This document shows positions 11,274-24,088 of a stretch of 64,000 bases of DNA, one piece after another. Source of the stretch: Mustelus asterias (taxonomy: Eukaryota); assembly GCF_964213995.1 (NCBI RefSeq), contig NW_027590136.1:496001-560000 (forward strand), given 5' to 3'. Position 1 is the first letter of the stretch, and the number at the start of each line of letters is the position of its first letter. The translations under genes were made by a program, and so were the position numbers. The notes beneath the pieces were generated by a model that was not told where the DNA came from, did not search any database, and saw only the letters and a program-made list of their open reading frames with translations.

Positions 11274-12200
11274 TCACTTGTGAACTCGCTGGTGTTTCAC
11301 CAAGTTTGCTGACCGAGTGAATCCCTTCCCACACACAGAGCAGGTGACCAGCCTCTGCCCAGTGTGAACTCGCTGATGTACCCGTAGGTTGCATGACTGA
11401 GCGAATCCCTTCCCACAGTCAGAGCAGCTGAACGGTCTCTCCCCAGTGTGAATGCGCTGGTGGGTAATCAGTTCATGAGAGCTTTTGAAGCCACTCCCAC
11501 AATCAGAACATTTAAAGGGTCTCTCCTGGGTGTGAGTGATGTTGTGTCTGCGGAGGCTGGATAACTGAGTGAATCCTTTCGCACACACCAAGCAGGTGAA
11601 TGGTCTCTCCCTGGTGTGAACTCGCTGATGGTTCAGCAATGCTGAAGATATTCTAAATCTCTTTGAGCAGTGAGAGCAGCTGAACGGCCTCTCCTCAGTG
11701 TGAATGCGCTGGTGGACGATCAGTTTCTGAGAGCTTTTGAAGCCATTCCCACAGTCACAGCATTTAAAGGGTCTCTCATTGGTATGAATGACTTGGTGTG
11801 TCTTCAGGCTGGATGACTGAGTGAATCCCTTCCCACACACAGAGCAGGTGAACGGTCTCTCCCCAGTGTGAACTCGCTGGTGTATCTGCAGGTTGGATGA
11901 AGTTCTAAATTTCTTTGTGCAGTGAGAGCAGCTGAACGGTCTGTCCTCAGTGTGAATGCGCTGGTGGGACACCAGATCCTGAGAGCTTTTAAAACCACTC
12001 CCACAGTCATAGCATTTAAATGGTCTCTCATTGGTGTGAGTGAGATTGTGTTTCTGCAGGCTGGATAACTGAGTGAATCCCTTCCCACACACAGAGCAGG
12101 TGAATGGTCTCTCCCCAGTGTGACTGCGTTGATGAATTTCCAGCTGAGATGGGGATATGAATCCCTTCCCACAGTCCCCACATTTCCATGGTTTCTCCAT
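11274..12200 (-). CDS. C2H2 zinc-finger protein, 11 fingers, 308 aa, intact
   Basis: ATG of MEKPWKC at 12200 to TGA at 11274; splice acceptor TTACAG|GATATT at ~12552. Confidence 0.9.
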   Translation of the reverse strand: MEKPWKCGDCGKGFISPSQLEIHQRSHTGERPFTCSVCGKGFTQLSSLQKHNLTHTNERPFKCYDCGSGFKSSQDLVSHQRIHTEDRPFSCSHCTKKFRTSSNLQIHQRVHTGERPFTCSVCGKGFTQSSSLKTHQVIHTNERPFKCCDCGNGFKSSQKLIVHQRIHTEERPFSCSHCSKRFRISSALLNHQRVHTRERPFTCLVCAKGFTQLSSLRRHNITHTQERPFKCSDCGSGFKSSHELITHQRIHTGERPFSCSDCGKGFAQSCNLRVHQRVHTGQRLVTCSVCGKGFTRSANLVKHQRVHK

Positions 12201-13509
12201 GGTGCGGGTGTCCTTGTGACTCTCCAGGTTAAACAATCAGTTAAATCTCACACAGAACACGGGTACAGTCTCTCCACCGCTGTGAATGCTGCGATGTATT
12301 TTCAGGCTGTGTAACTGGTTAAAGCTCTTTCCACACTCAGTGCACTGGAACACTCTCACTCGGGTCTGTGTATCTCAGTGCATTTCTAATCACAGCGATG
12401 TTTACAATCTTTTGAAGCCAAGAGGCCAAACAAACATTTCTCCTGCTAGATTCAAAGGCCAATGATATTCAGGTCCCAAGAAATCGAGTCACTCTGTCAG
12501 ATCGAGAGGTGATGTTGGAGATTTCTGTCTGATTTCTCCTTGTCTAATATCCTGTAAGTCAATTTAGAAAAAAACATCGCAATTCAGAATACGATCGAAA
12601 TTCAAATCTACATTTCTAGTTTCTATGGAGCGTTCATTAAAGACACAGTCATGGAGCATTAAACTTGCCGAGCAGGGCCTCCCGTATCAGCACACAGGCA
12701 GCTGCTTTGTGAGACTGCCGGCAGTACAGACAAGTCAGAGATAAGGGTGTCTTGAGAAGAGAGATTCATTGTGAAAGCTCAGGGACGGTTGATAAGATGC
12801 AGCAATTCTATGATTCTAATGAACGTTCTTTCCTCTCCCATTCCCCAAAAGCTGTAAATCTCCATCCCACACACTCTCCCTCCATTCTCACTCTGCTGTA
12901 TCTAATATTCACCCTCCCAATTCTCCTGAAGGTGCTGATTGAGGCTGATTGACAGATCCATGCTCACTGCTTCCTGTCCTGGACACAGAGACCATAACAA
13001 ATAGGAGCTGCAGTCAGCATTCGGCCCATAGAGTCTGCTCAACCATTCATTGAGATTATTGGTTGATCTACCTCTGCATTATTTTCCCCACACTGTCCCC
13101 CATATCCATCGATATCTTCAATATCTAGAAACCTATCAATCCCTCTCTTGAAAATTCTTGATGACTGAGGCTCTATAGTCCTCTGGGGTAGAGAATCCAA
13201 AACATCACCACATCCTTGAGTGAAGAAATCCTTCCTCATCTGAGCTTTCTCTCCATTTTCCAGCCTGTTCCCAATAATTATTGACTCCCTTGTCATTCAA
13301 AAACTGTCTAACTCATCCTTGAATATATTCAATCCCTCCACTGGTCCCTATGGAAGAGAAATCTAGATACTAACAATTCTCTGAGGGAAGAGATTGTTGG
13401 AAATATATAATATAGCTGCAGTCCAAAATTACACAGCCAGATATAATAAGTGTATTTTATTACAGAGCTATAAATAATATATCTAATCTGTGCCATATAA
13501 CAACAGGGG

Positions 13510-13895
13510 AGTGGATAGCCTCGTGGTATTATCGCCAGACTATTAATCCAGAAACTCAGCTAATGTTCTGGGGACCCGGGTTCGAATCCTGCCACGGCAG
13601 ATGGTGGAATTTGAATTTAAAAACAAAATCTAGAATTAAGAATCTACTGATGACCATGAAACCATTGTCGATTGACCAAAGAAACCCATCTGGTTCATTA
13701 ATGTGCTTTAGGGAAGGAAATCTGCCGTCCTTACCCAGCCTGGCCTACATGTGACTCCAGAGCCACAGCAATGTGGTTGACTCTCAACCAGCTTCTGAAA
13801 TGGCCTAGCGAGCCATTCACTTCAAGGGCAATTAGGGATGGGTGATAAATGCTGGCCCAGCCGGCAATGCCCGTGGCCCAAGGATGAATAAAAAA
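13510..13895 (+). mobile_element. SacSINE1/DeuSINE-like SINE, near full length
   Basis: tRNA-like head with B box GGTTCGAATCC, conserved core, GAATAAAAAA tail. Confidence 0.7.
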
Positions 13896-14433
13896 CAACC
13901 CAACATCAGACACGTCTCTGTCCGATATTAGTTTACCGTCCCCTTTAATATATTTCAGAAATTAGATGGGCACATGAAGGAAATGAAGTTGCAGGGGAAA
14001 GGGGATATAGAAAGGGAATGGGACTGACTGGATTGTTCTACAGAGAGTCGGCATGGATTCGAGTTACTGAATGGACTCCTTCTGCGCTGTAATGACTCGA
14101 TGAGTGGAAATATATAACATAGCTTCAGTGCTACATTACAAAACGAGAAATAATAATAAACGTACTTTGTTACAGAACCATAAATAATATATCAAATCTA
14201 CAATATAACAACACTAGGCATATCTCTGTCCTGTGTTAATTTATTGTCCTTTTAAATGTCAGCCATCTCCTCAGGAAACCAGCCCTTTAATTGTGAACAT
14301 TAGGAAAGGGACTTTTTAGCCAGACAAATCAATGTGTCAAGCTGAGGGAGCAAAGGATGTCAATGTCTTTAAGAGAAATTGCAGTGTTAATATAAGCCTT
14401 ACTTGTGACTAATAAATAAACTTTAAACTTTAG

Positions 14434-14762
14434 GGGCGGCACGGTAGCACAGTGGTTAGCACTGCTGCTTCACAGCTCCAGGGTCCCGGGTTCGATTCCC
14501 GGCTTGGGTCACTGTCTGTGTGGAGTTTGCACATTCTCCTCGTGTCTGCGTGGGTTTCCTCCGGGTGCTCCGGTTTCCTCCCACAGTCCAAAGATGTGCG
14601 GGTTAGGTTGATTGGCCCGGTTAAAAATTTCCCCTTAGAGTTCTGAGATGCGTGGATTAGCGGGTAAATATGTGGGGGTAGGGCCTGGGTGGGATTGTGG
14701 TCGGTGCAGACTCGATGGGCTGAATGGCCTCTTTCTGCACTGTAGGGTTTCTATGAGTTCTA
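14434..14762 (+). mobile_element. HE1-like V-SINE, full length
   Basis: A box TAGCACAGTGG, B box GGTTCGATTCC, V-domain, TTTCTATGA tail. Confidence 0.85.
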
Positions 14763-14885
14763 TAATATAAACTACCCAATTCTCCTGAAGGTGCTAATTA
14801 ATGCTGATCGACACTCACCATTTCATGTTCCTGACAGATCATAAGAAATAGTTAGAAATTCAGCCCACCAAGCTGTTCAATTGAA

Positions 14886-15310
14886 TTTTTTTTATTCATT
14901 CATGGGACATGGATGTTGCTGGCTGGCCAGCATTTATTCCCCATCCCTAGTAGCCCTTGGAGGGCAGTTGAGAGTCAACCACATTGTTGTGGCTTTGGAG
15001 TCACATGAAGGCCAGACCAATTAAGGATGGCAGATTTCATTCCCTGAAGGACATTCGTGAACCAGATAGGTTTTTCCGACAATCGAAAGGGTTACATGGT
15101 CATCAGTAATTTCTTAATTCCAGATATTTTTAATTGAATTCAAATTCCACCAGCTGCTGTGGGGTGGGATTGTTGTCAGTGCAGATGGGCTGAATGGCCT
15201 CCTTCTGTACTGTAGGGATTCTATGATTCTATGGCAGGATTCAAACCCGGGTCCCCAGAACATTAGCTGAGTTTCTGAATTAATAGTCCAGCAATAATAC
15301 CACAAGGCCA
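14886..15310 (-). mobile_element. SacSINE1-like SINE with nested HE1/HER1 tail fragment
   Basis: Reverse-strand core; 15160-15232 is an inserted GGGATTCTATGATTCTATG tail. Confidence 0.65.
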
Positions 15311-15898
15311 TCGTCTCCCCATCAAGATCATGGCTGATCTGATTGTGATCTTAACTCCACTTTTCTTCCTGTCACCCTTGACTCCCTTTTCGATCAAAAA
15401 TCTCTGTGTTTTGAGTATATTTAATGATGCAGCCTCCACTGCTCTCTGGGGAAGAGAATTGCAAAGACTAACGGCCCTCTGAGGGAAGACATTTCTCCTC
15501 CTCGCCATCAGAAATGGGGGAGCCTTTATTTTGACAATCTGCCGACTAATTCTGGAATCCCCAACATTGGAAACATCCTCTCTTCATCTATACTAATCAC
15601 TACCTCACAATGTGATGTCAATACTATGATCACCTCTAAACTCCAGTCAGTACAGGCCCAAACTTTCCTCCCAAAACAACACCTTCATCCCAGGTATCAG
15701 CCTGCAGATCCTTCTCTGAACTGACAATGACAGAGAGGTGATCAGGGAGGGCAGAGGTGAAACAAAGCAATGGATGGACATGGATTCAGATCTACAGTAA
15801 CGGAGTCACACCAGCCCCAGAGACGTGGAACCAGAGTACAGATAACAGAGCACAGCACGAAAATTCAAAATTATAGGTAAATGTTCAACAATACTCAC

Positions 15899-16002
15899 CT
15901 CTGAAACAATTTCACTGTTTTCTAATTTAAAACCTGCGGCTGGAAAGATGTCAGAAGCACTGGAATCAGAGAAAAATTGCAATGTTCAAATATTCTAACT
16001 TC
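15899..16002 (-). other. Putative 104-nt non-coding 5' UTR exon of the 12200 ZNF gene
   Basis: TTTTGCAG| acceptor and |GTGAGT donor, both preserved in the duplicate at 55124-55227. Confidence 0.55.
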
Positions 16003-16129
16003 CTGCAAAAAGAGATTACAAGAGTCATGTGTCAATTGTGGCTTGAAATTAAGAGATACACATTTTTGGGGGGTTTGTGATTGCTGTAAAAATCCTCTTC
16101 TTCTAACCATCTGTAAAAGGAGATTCCAA

Positions 16130-16462
16130 AATCACAGAATCTCTGCAGTGCAGAAGGAGGCCTTTTAGCCCATCGAGTCTGCACCAAGTTTCTAACAGAG
16201 CACCTTTACTCAGGCCCTATACCTGAAACCTGATGTACGTACATCACTAATCCTTTCCTTCCCCCTCATCTTGGGACACAAAGGGACAATTTAGCATGGT
16301 CGATCAACCCACTCTTTGGAGTGTGGGAGGAAACCAGAGCACCCAGAGGAAACCCACACAGACAGAGGGGGAATGTGCAAACTCATACAGACAATCACCC
16401 GAGGCTGGAATTGAACCGGGTCTCTGGCGCTATGAGACAGAAGTGCTAACCACTGTGTCACC
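16130..16462 (-). mobile_element. HE1-like V-SINE (older)
   Basis: Reverse-complement head, V-domain and tail. Confidence 0.7.
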
Positions 16463-16696
16463 CCCAACAGTCATTTGTCCGCCCTGAATATAAATCCATA
16501 ACATTCTCCCCTCCTGTTTTCTAGCATAAGATTACTTAAGATGGAATATACTTACATTGGAAGCTATTCAGACAAGGTTCATGAGCTGATTTCGGGCATG
16601 AAGGGGTCTGTTTTATGAGGAAAGGTTAGGCCGGGTGCATCTGTGCTCATTGGATTTTAGATAAATGAGATGTGATTGTTGGAGTGAAATTAAGAC

Positions 16697-17138
16697 TGTG
16701 ACCTTTGAAAGTTAATGCGTACGTGACTACAGGACTGGCTGCACCCAGCACTTATCCTGTGGTTAACAAAGATCATTCTGTTGCTGACTAAATAACGAAC
16801 TAACCTTTGAGCTACAGCTTGTTATTGTATAAAAAATACGGAACAGACAAAAAAAACCAGACCGCGAGATCCAGATGGTCAGCTTAGCTTAAGATAAAGC
16901 GGAACCGAAACTTGTGGGCTTTTGTTAACGGTTGTTTTTGAAGGAATGTGATTGGAGGTCAATTATTGCAAGGGGAGGACAATTGGCTAAATCCAGGTAA
17001 GCACCCAAAGCTAATGACGAAGTAACCGCTAATGTCTGTATGATTAAAGTGTATAAAAGACGACGGGCCGCTGCTCCAAATTGAGAAGGTGAAAGGCAGC
17101 ATCCATGAACCCGGCCTGTCAGTCAATGACTCAAACAT
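16697..17138 (+). mobile_element. Possible truncated solo LTR
   Basis: Starts with TG where a LINE fragment breaks off; ATTGG boxes and GTATAAAAG TATA at ~17050; no polyA signal or TSD seen; mirrored at ~53985-54430. Confidence 0.3.
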
Positions 17139-17159
17139 TGTCTCTCCTGGTCACCCAAA

Positions 17160-17530
17160 TCCTGAAGCTCCGCCCACTGGCCGCGCATGCGCTCTGCTCC
17201 CCGCTAAACAAAGATGGCGGCCGCGGCACCGGGCCTGATCCCGGATAAAATCCCCGGACCTGCAAACCCGGGACCGGAAGGCTCTTATTCAGGCCTGGCG
17301 CCCTACAGCAGATGTTTATGAAGCCTCTGCTCCCTCCCCACCCCAACTCCCGGCTCCATTCCTCCCTCCGCCCCACCGATTCTCACCCCTTGAAACAAGC
17401 GTCGCGGGGCTCCGAGCAAAGTGACACTGCGCATGCCCCAGATACAGCGCTGCGCCTGCGTACTGGGCTCCTGTGGCGTGAATAGGGCACTTTCACACCC
17501 GCGACGAATGCTGGGCAATAACCGCCATTG
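17160..17530. promoter_or_regulatory. CpG promoter module for the 12200 ZNF gene
   Basis: GCGCATGCGC (NRF1), AAAGATGGCGGC (YY1), CCGGAAG (ETS), further NRF1-like sites; mirrored at ~53600-53960. Confidence 0.65.
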
Positions 17531-17899
17531 AAACTTCATACAGTTAATTCAAAATAACATTGAGGTAAATTAATGAAATATTGAGATTTGGGGATCTGCT
17601 GTGCTCTATTTCTCAAAGTTCTGCTGCAGGACCATGCAATGGTTTCAAAGCTTTTTACCGTTTCCCCTCTCACTCCTCCCTTTATGGTGCTGATTCTGGC
17701 TGGGTTCAATCGCACAGTCACTGGTTCTTCTCTCTGTCCCTGATACTGAATATTCACTCTTTTAGAGAATGATACAGCATAAATAGAAACCATTTGGCCC
17801 ATTATGTCTCTGCAGGCTCTCTGGAAGATCTATCCAATTAATTCCACAGCCCGGCTGCTCGAGTCAGAACAATGCATATCTGCTGTAGTAATCTGAGAC

Positions 17900-19997
17900 A
17901 AAGAACAAAGAACAATACAGCACAGGAACAGGCCCTTCGGCCCTCCAAGCCCGCGCCGCTCCCTGGTCCAAACTAGACCATTCTTTTGTATCCCTCCATT
18001 CCCACTCCATTCATATGGCTATCGAGATAAGTCTTAAACGTTCCCAGTGTGTCCGCCTCCACCACCTTGCCTGGCAGCGCATTCCAGGCCCCCACCACCC
18101 TCTGTGTAAAATATGTCCTTCTGATATCTGTGTTAAACCTCCCTCCCTTCACCTTGAACCTATGACCCCTCGTGAACGTCACCACCAACCTGGGGAAAAG
18201 CTTCCCACCGTTCACCCTATTTATGCCTTTCAAAATTTTATACACCTCTATTAAGTCTCCCCTCATCCTCCGTCTTTCCAGGGAGAACAACCCCAGTTTA
18301 CCCAATCTCTCCTCATAACTAAGCCCCTCCATACCAGGCAACATCCTGGTAAACCTCCTCTGTACTCTCTCCAAAGCCTCCACGTCCCTTCTGGTAGTGT
18401 GGCGACCAGAACTGGACGCAGTATTCCAAATGCGGTTCTATACATCTGCAACATCAGACCCCAACTTTTATACTCGATGCCTCGTCCTATAAAGGCAAGC
18501 ATGCCATATGCCTTCTTCACCACCTTCTCCACCTGTGACGTCACCTTCAAGGATCTGTGGACTTGCACACACAGGTCCCTCTGCGTATCTACACCCTTTA
18601 TGGTTCTGCCATTTATCGTATAGCTCCTCCCTACATTATTTCTACCAAAATGCATCACTTCGCATTGATCAGGATTGAACTCCATCTGCCATTTCTTTGC
18701 CCAAATTTCCAGCCTATCTATATCCTTCTGTAGCTTCTGACAATGCTCCTCACTATCTGCAAGTCCTGCCAATTTTGTGTCGTCCGCAAACTTACTGATC
18801 ACCCCAGTTACACCTTCTTCCAGATCGTTTATGTGACCAAGCCAGTTCTCCACCCATCTAGCCACCTCCCCATTTATGCCATGAGATCCAACCTTTTTCA
18901 CCAGCCTACCATGAGGGACTTTGTCAAACGCTTTACTAAAGTCCATATAGACGACATCCACGGCCCTTCCCTCGTCAACCATTCTGGTCACTTCTTCAAA
19001 TAACTCCACCAGGTTAGTGAGGCATGACCTCCCTCTCACAAAACCATGCTGACTATCGTTAATGAGTTTATTCCTTTCTAAATGCGCATACATCCTATCT
19101 CTAAGAATCTCCTCCGACAACTTCCTCACCAGGGACGTCAAGCTCACCGGCCTATAATTACCCAGGTTATCCTTCCTACCCTTCTTAAATAACGGGACCA
19201 CATTAGCTATCCTCCACTCCTCTGGGACCTCACCTGTGTCCAGTGACGAGACAAAGATTTGCGTCAGAGGCCCAGCGATTTCATCTCTCGTCTCCCTGAG
19301 CAGCCTTGGTAGATTCCATCAGGCCCTGGGGATTTGTCAGTCTTTAAATTCTCTAACAAACCTAACACTTCCTCCCTTGTAATGGAGATTTTCTCCAACG
19401 GTTCAGCACTCCCCTCCGAGACACTCCCAGTCAACACATCCCTCTCCTTTGTGAATACCGACGCAAAGTATTCATTTCGGATCTCCCCTACTTCTTTGGG
19501 CTCCAAGCATAATTCCCCACTTTTGTCCCTGAGAGGTCTGATTTTTTTCCCTGACAACCCTTTTGTTCCTAACGTATGAATAAAATGCCTTGGGATTCTC
19601 CTTAATCCTGTCTGCCAAGAACATTTCGTGACCCCTTTTTGCCCTTCTAATTCCCCGTTTGAGTTCTTTCCTACTTTCTTTGTACTCCTCCAGAGCTCCC
19701 TCCGTTTTTAGCTGCCTGGACCTAACATACGCCTCTCTTTTCTTTTTGACCAGTCCCTCAATTTCCCTGGTTATCCACGGTTCTCGAATCCTACCCTTCC
19801 TATCCTTCTTTTTTACAGGCACATGCCTGTCCTGTAGCCCTAACAACTGTTCCTTAAAAGACTCCCACATGCCAGATGTGGATTTACCCTCAAACAGCCT
19901 CTCCCAATCAAGAGCTGCCAATTTCTGCCTAATCCCACTAAAGTTAGCCTTCCCCCAATCCGACACCTTACCCTTGGGACACCACTCATCCTTTTCC
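17900..19997 (-). mobile_element. 5'-truncated CR1/HER1-like LINE (ORF2 RT, frameshifted, internally deleted) with intact 3' tail
   Basis: GNYRPVSLTS, QHGFVRGRSCLTNL, YMDFSKAFDKVPH, KFADDTK; deletion at ~18833 removes the GVPQG motif; (TTCTTTG)n tail at 17900. Confidence 0.92.
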
Positions 19998-20420
19998 ACC
20001 CACACACACAACACGTGTACAGTTTCTCCCAGCTGTAAATAGTGTGATGTTTTTATAGCCTGTGTTACTGGTCCACAGAGAATCAAATGGGTTTGAGAAA
20101 ACGAATGTATTCCTTCAGTGCCGTGATGACTCTGATTGAAAGATACAGCGTAGCTACATTTATTATGATCCTAATCTAGTAAATAAGAAATGCACTGCAT
20201 TAGGAAATGATAAAAAGGTCAAACGGGTAACTGAAATGTCTCCTCACAGTCTCTGGATTTCCACGGTTTCTCCCGAATGTGACTGTAGTTGTGAATGGTG
20301 CTGTTTCCTTCCGTGTTCAAAGTTCCCTGCTTTTCAATTTACTATAAATTGTGCAGCTCCATCCAATGCTGATTTGATGTTTTGTGTGAGCTTCCTGACC
20401 CCAGATCCTCCCTTTATAAG
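19998..20420 (-). pseudogene. Orphan fragments of ZNF exon leaders
   Basis: 19998-20072 matches the fossil-finger leader; ~20255-20420 resembles the 5' part of the 21735 gene exon. Confidence 0.45.
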
Positions 20421-20559
20421 ACCAATTATATTAACATCAATAACAGAGCTGGAGTTTTTTTTTCAATTCAGCAGAAACAGGCCGAAATGAACATGATTCA
20501 ATCTGAATATTAACAGGAAAATTCCAACCACAATAGTTCCTTGTGAATTCGCTGGTGGC

Positions 20560-21735
20560 TCAGCAGATTGGCTGAGGTGACAAATCCCTTTCCACACTGG
20601 GAGCAGGTGACGGCTTCTCCCAAGTGTGAATTCGCTGGTGCCTTGCTAGGTGGGATGGCGTACTGAATCCCTTCCCACACTGTGAGCAGATGAAAGGTCT
20701 CTCCTCAGTGTGAATACGCTGGTGTGTCAGCAGATGGGATGACTGAGTGAATCCCTTCCCACACTGAGAGCAGGTGAATGGTCTCTCCCCAGTGTGAATT
20801 CGCTGGTGTATCAGCAGGTAAGATTGGTTAATGAATCCGTTCCCACACCGGGAGCAAGTGAACGGTCTCTCCCCAGTGTGAAGTTGCTCGTGTCTCAGTA
20901 AATTGGCAGAGTCAGCAAACCCCTTCCCACACTGGGAGCAGGTGAACGGTTTCTCCCCAGAGTGAATTCGCTGGTGCATTGCTAGGTGGGATGGCCTATT
21001 GAATCCCTTCCCACAATGGGAGCAGGTGAATGGCTTCTCCCCAGTATGAACACGTTGGTGTATCAGCAGTTTGGCTGAGCGAGTGAATCCCTTCCCACAC
21101 TCGGAGCAGGTAAACGGTCTCTCCCCAGTGTGAACCCGCTGGTGTAACAGCAGAGTGGATAACTGAGCGAATCCTTTCCCACACTGGGAACAGATGAAAG
21201 GCCTCTCCCCAGTGTGAACTCGCTGGTGTGTCAGCAGATAAGATTGGTGAGTGAATCCCTTCCCACATCTGGAGCAGGTGAACGGCCTCTCCCCACTGTG
21301 AACTCGCTCGTGTCTCAGCAGATTGGATGAGTCAGCAAATCCCTTCCCACACTGGGAGCAGGTGAACGGTTTCTCCCCAGTGTGAACTCGCTGGTGCATT
21401 GCCAGGTGGGATGGTCTATTGAATCCCTTCCCACACTCAGAGCACGTGAATGGTTTCTCCCCAGTGTGAACTCGCTGGTGCATTGCCAGGTGGGATGGCC
21501 TATTTAATCCCTTCCCACACTCGGAGCAGGTGAATGGCTTCTCTCCAGTGTGACTGCACCGATGAATCTCCAGTTGGGATGAGAAATCGAATCCTTTCCC
21601 ACAGTCCCCATATGCTAAATCTCTGTTATGACTGCAATTATGTTCTGAAAGACCAGATGATAAGTTGAAGTCTTGTCCACACACAGAACACATGTATGGT
21701 TTCTCTCCACTGTGAATGGTGCATTTTTCTTCCAT
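20560..21735 (-). CDS. C2H2 zinc-finger protein (12 intact + 1 degenerate finger; last finger lost to frameshift)
   Basis: ATG at 21735 (MEEKCTIHSGEKPY), a start type different from the other copies; 1-nt deletion at ~20610; acceptor TTCACAG|GGTTTT at ~21842. Confidence 0.85.
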   Translation of the reverse strand: MEEKCTIHSGEKPYMCSVCGQDFNLSSGLSEHNCSHNRDLAYGDCGKGFDFSSQLEIHRCSHTGEKPFTCSECGKGLNRPSHLAMHQRVHTGEKPFTCSECGKGFNRPSHLAMHQRVHTGEKPFTCSQCGKGFADSSNLLRHERVHSGERPFTCSRCGKGFTHQSYLLTHQRVHTGERPFICSQCGKGFAQLSTLLLHQRVHTGERPFTCSECGKGFTRSAKLLIHQRVHTGEKPFTCSHCGKGFNRPSHLAMHQRIHSGEKPFTCSQCGKGFADSANLLRHEQLHTGERPFTCSRCGNGFINQSYLLIHQRIHTGERPFTCSQCGKGFTQSSHLLTHQRIHTEERPFICSQCGKGFSTPSHLARHQRIHTWEKPSPAPSVERDLSPQPIC

Positions 21736-22749
21736 GTTCAAAATGCAATGATATTCAGGTTACAATAAATTGGCCGCCTCCATCAGATTCTGATATGATG
21801 TTTGGTTTCAGTTTCCAAACTCCAAATCCTTTTCTAAAACCCTGTGAAATTGATTTAAAACGGAAAAAAGGGAGTGAGAGAGAACCCACAAAAAGACAAA
21901 GGTAGCTTGTGAAATTGAGCTGAATGAATCTGGGAATTTGTGGGGCCGGCATTGTTGGCTTGTCATAAAAATCCAACCGGTTCCCCAATATTCTTCAAGG
22001 AATGAAACCTGCCACCCAGTCTGGATCTACACAAGACTGTGGACACTGTGGGAGGAGACAAAAAGAAATAGGAGAGAGCCGGGGTGAAGGAGAGGGATTT
22101 TATACATCTACAACTCAACAAGAACTTTGACAAAATCTCCCAAACCCTCAACCTCCATGACCAAGGACCAGGGTAGTAGGTTAGAAAGGAACCCCATCAA
22201 CTCCAAGTTCCCCTACAACTCACACATCATGCTGACTTGTCTGAAATCCTGTACTAAAAGAACATGAACTTTTTTTTAAATGTAACTACTGGGAAGACTG
22301 AACCCATTGTGCTCAGTCCCCACTGCAAATTCCACTCCCTCGCTAGCAACTCTATCCCTCTTCCTGGCAACTGTCTGAGGCAGATCCAGGCTGTTCACAA
22401 CTGTAGTGAAATATATCACCCCAGGTTGAGCTTCCAACCACATATTCAGATCATCATCAAGGCTGCCTACTTCCAAGGAGACAGAGGTTCAAGGTGAGAG
22501 AAGGAAAGTTTCAGGGAGATGTGAATGAGGAAGTTTTTCACGCAGAGAGTGGTGGGTGTCTGGAAGGCGCTACCAGAGGAGGTCATCGAGTCATAGAGAT
22601 TTACAGCATGGAAACAGGCCATTCGGCCCAACTTGTCCATGCCGCCCTTTTTTTAAAACCCCTAAACCAATCCCAATTGCTCATATTTGGCCCATATCCC
22701 TCTGCACCATCTTACCCGTGTAAGTAACTGAATGCTTTTTAAAAGATAA

Positions 22750-23190
22750 AATTGTACCCGCCTCTACTACCTCTGGCAGCTTGTTCCAGACACTCCCAAC
22801 CCTGTGTGTGAAAAAATTGCCCCTCTGGACACTTCTGTATCTCTCACCTTAAACCTATGCCCTCTAGTTTTAGACTCCCCTACCTTTGGGAAAAGATATT
22901 GACTATCTCGCTGATTTGTGCCCCTCATTATTTTATAGACCACTATAAGATCACCTCTCAGCCTCCTACACTCCAGAGAAAAAAGTCCCAGTCTATCCAG
23001 CCTCTCCTTATAACCCAAACCATCAAGCCCCGGTAGTATCCTCGTAAATCTTTTCTGCATTCTTTCTCATTTAATAATATCCTTTCTATAACAGGATGAT
23101 CAGAACTGCACACAGTATTCCAAGCGTGGCCTTACCAATGTCTTGTACAACTTCAACAAGACGTCCCAGCTCCTGTATTCAATATTCTGT
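22750..23190 (-). mobile_element. CR1-like LINE 3' ORF2 fragment
   Basis: QKRFTRILPGL..LGYKERLDRLGLFSLE.RRLRGDLI. Confidence 0.8.
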
Positions 23191-23419
23191 GGTGGGAACA
23201 CACACTAGCAACATTTAAGAGGCATCTGGATGGATAATGAATAGGGAGGGAATAGAGAGATACAGACCGAGTAAGGGCGGAAGGTTTTTTTTAAGTTTAG
23301 TGAGGCCATCATGGTCAGCACAGGCTTGGAGGGCCGAAGGGCCTGTTCCTGTGCTGTTCTTTGTTCTTCCACCTCAGTGACATCGCCCGACTCCCCCAGT
23401 CTCAGCTCATCTGGGACCC

Positions 23420-23895
23420 TCACCCATTCCATTGTGACGTCTGGAACCTCCCAGCACTCCTTCATTGCGCATGCGCCAGACCGCACACCATCCCCAGTAA
23501 ATATGGCGGCTGTTCACACGGGCCTCTCTCGGGGAAAAGCCTGAGCAGCTTCCGCCGCTACAAACTCCGCATCGGAGCTTCGGCCCACACGGGATGTTTA
23601 TGAGGCCTCCAAACCTACCCGCCGGCTCCATCCCTCCCTCATGACCCATCCCACGGTATCTCACCGGCTGATAATTTCCACAACCGCCTCGATCGTGAGT
23701 TCTCATCGGCACTGCGCATGTTCTCAGTCACAACAGGAGTGTTCTGGTCTAGACCCGCCCCTCGTTCACTCCGATTGGCTGGAGGACCAGCCTCACTGCT
23801 CGGCCATCCAGTCCCGCCCTCTCTTTCTATTGGTCCAGAGCCGCCGTCAATCACTCCCAGGGCATTGTGAGCTGGAGCATGCGCAGTGCCAATGC
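23420..23895. promoter_or_regulatory. CpG promoter module upstream of the 21735 ZNF gene
   Basis: GTGACGTC, TGCGCATGCGC, AATATGGCGGC (YY1-like), GC boxes, ATTGG boxes. Confidence 0.65.
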
Positions 23896-24088
23896 TAGGC
23901 TCAGGCTGCAAAGCCGCAGGGAGCAAAGCCTGAGATTGAAATCAATGGGTTGCTGTAAAGCAGGAGTCAGGGTTCCAGTCAGCAACAACTTCTATTTATT
24001 TAAAATCCTTAACATCAGAAATCATCCCACTGCATTTCACAGGAACATCCAGATACATCAGGATATATTAGCACAGATCATAGAAAGA

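Larger units (their letters stand above)
9058..17899. repeat. Left arm of large inverted segmental duplication (partner 53221-64000)
   Basis: Colinear reverse-complement identity: 17899<->53221, ZNF 12200<->58929, ~10840<->~61365, 9058<->64000; arm-specific inserts in between. Confidence 0.9.

Noticed and set aside
14434-14510. tRNA genes
   Set aside because: A/B boxes belong to tRNA-derived SINE heads that run on into V-domain and LINE tails
12200-17530. KRAB/SCAN/BTB-coding upstream exon
   Set aside because: No such motif recognised in any frame, and in-frame stops precede the ATG within the finger exon
18263-19201. 312-aa RT ORF as an active retroelement
   Set aside because: Internal deletion removes the GVPQG motif; element is frameshifted and 5'-truncated
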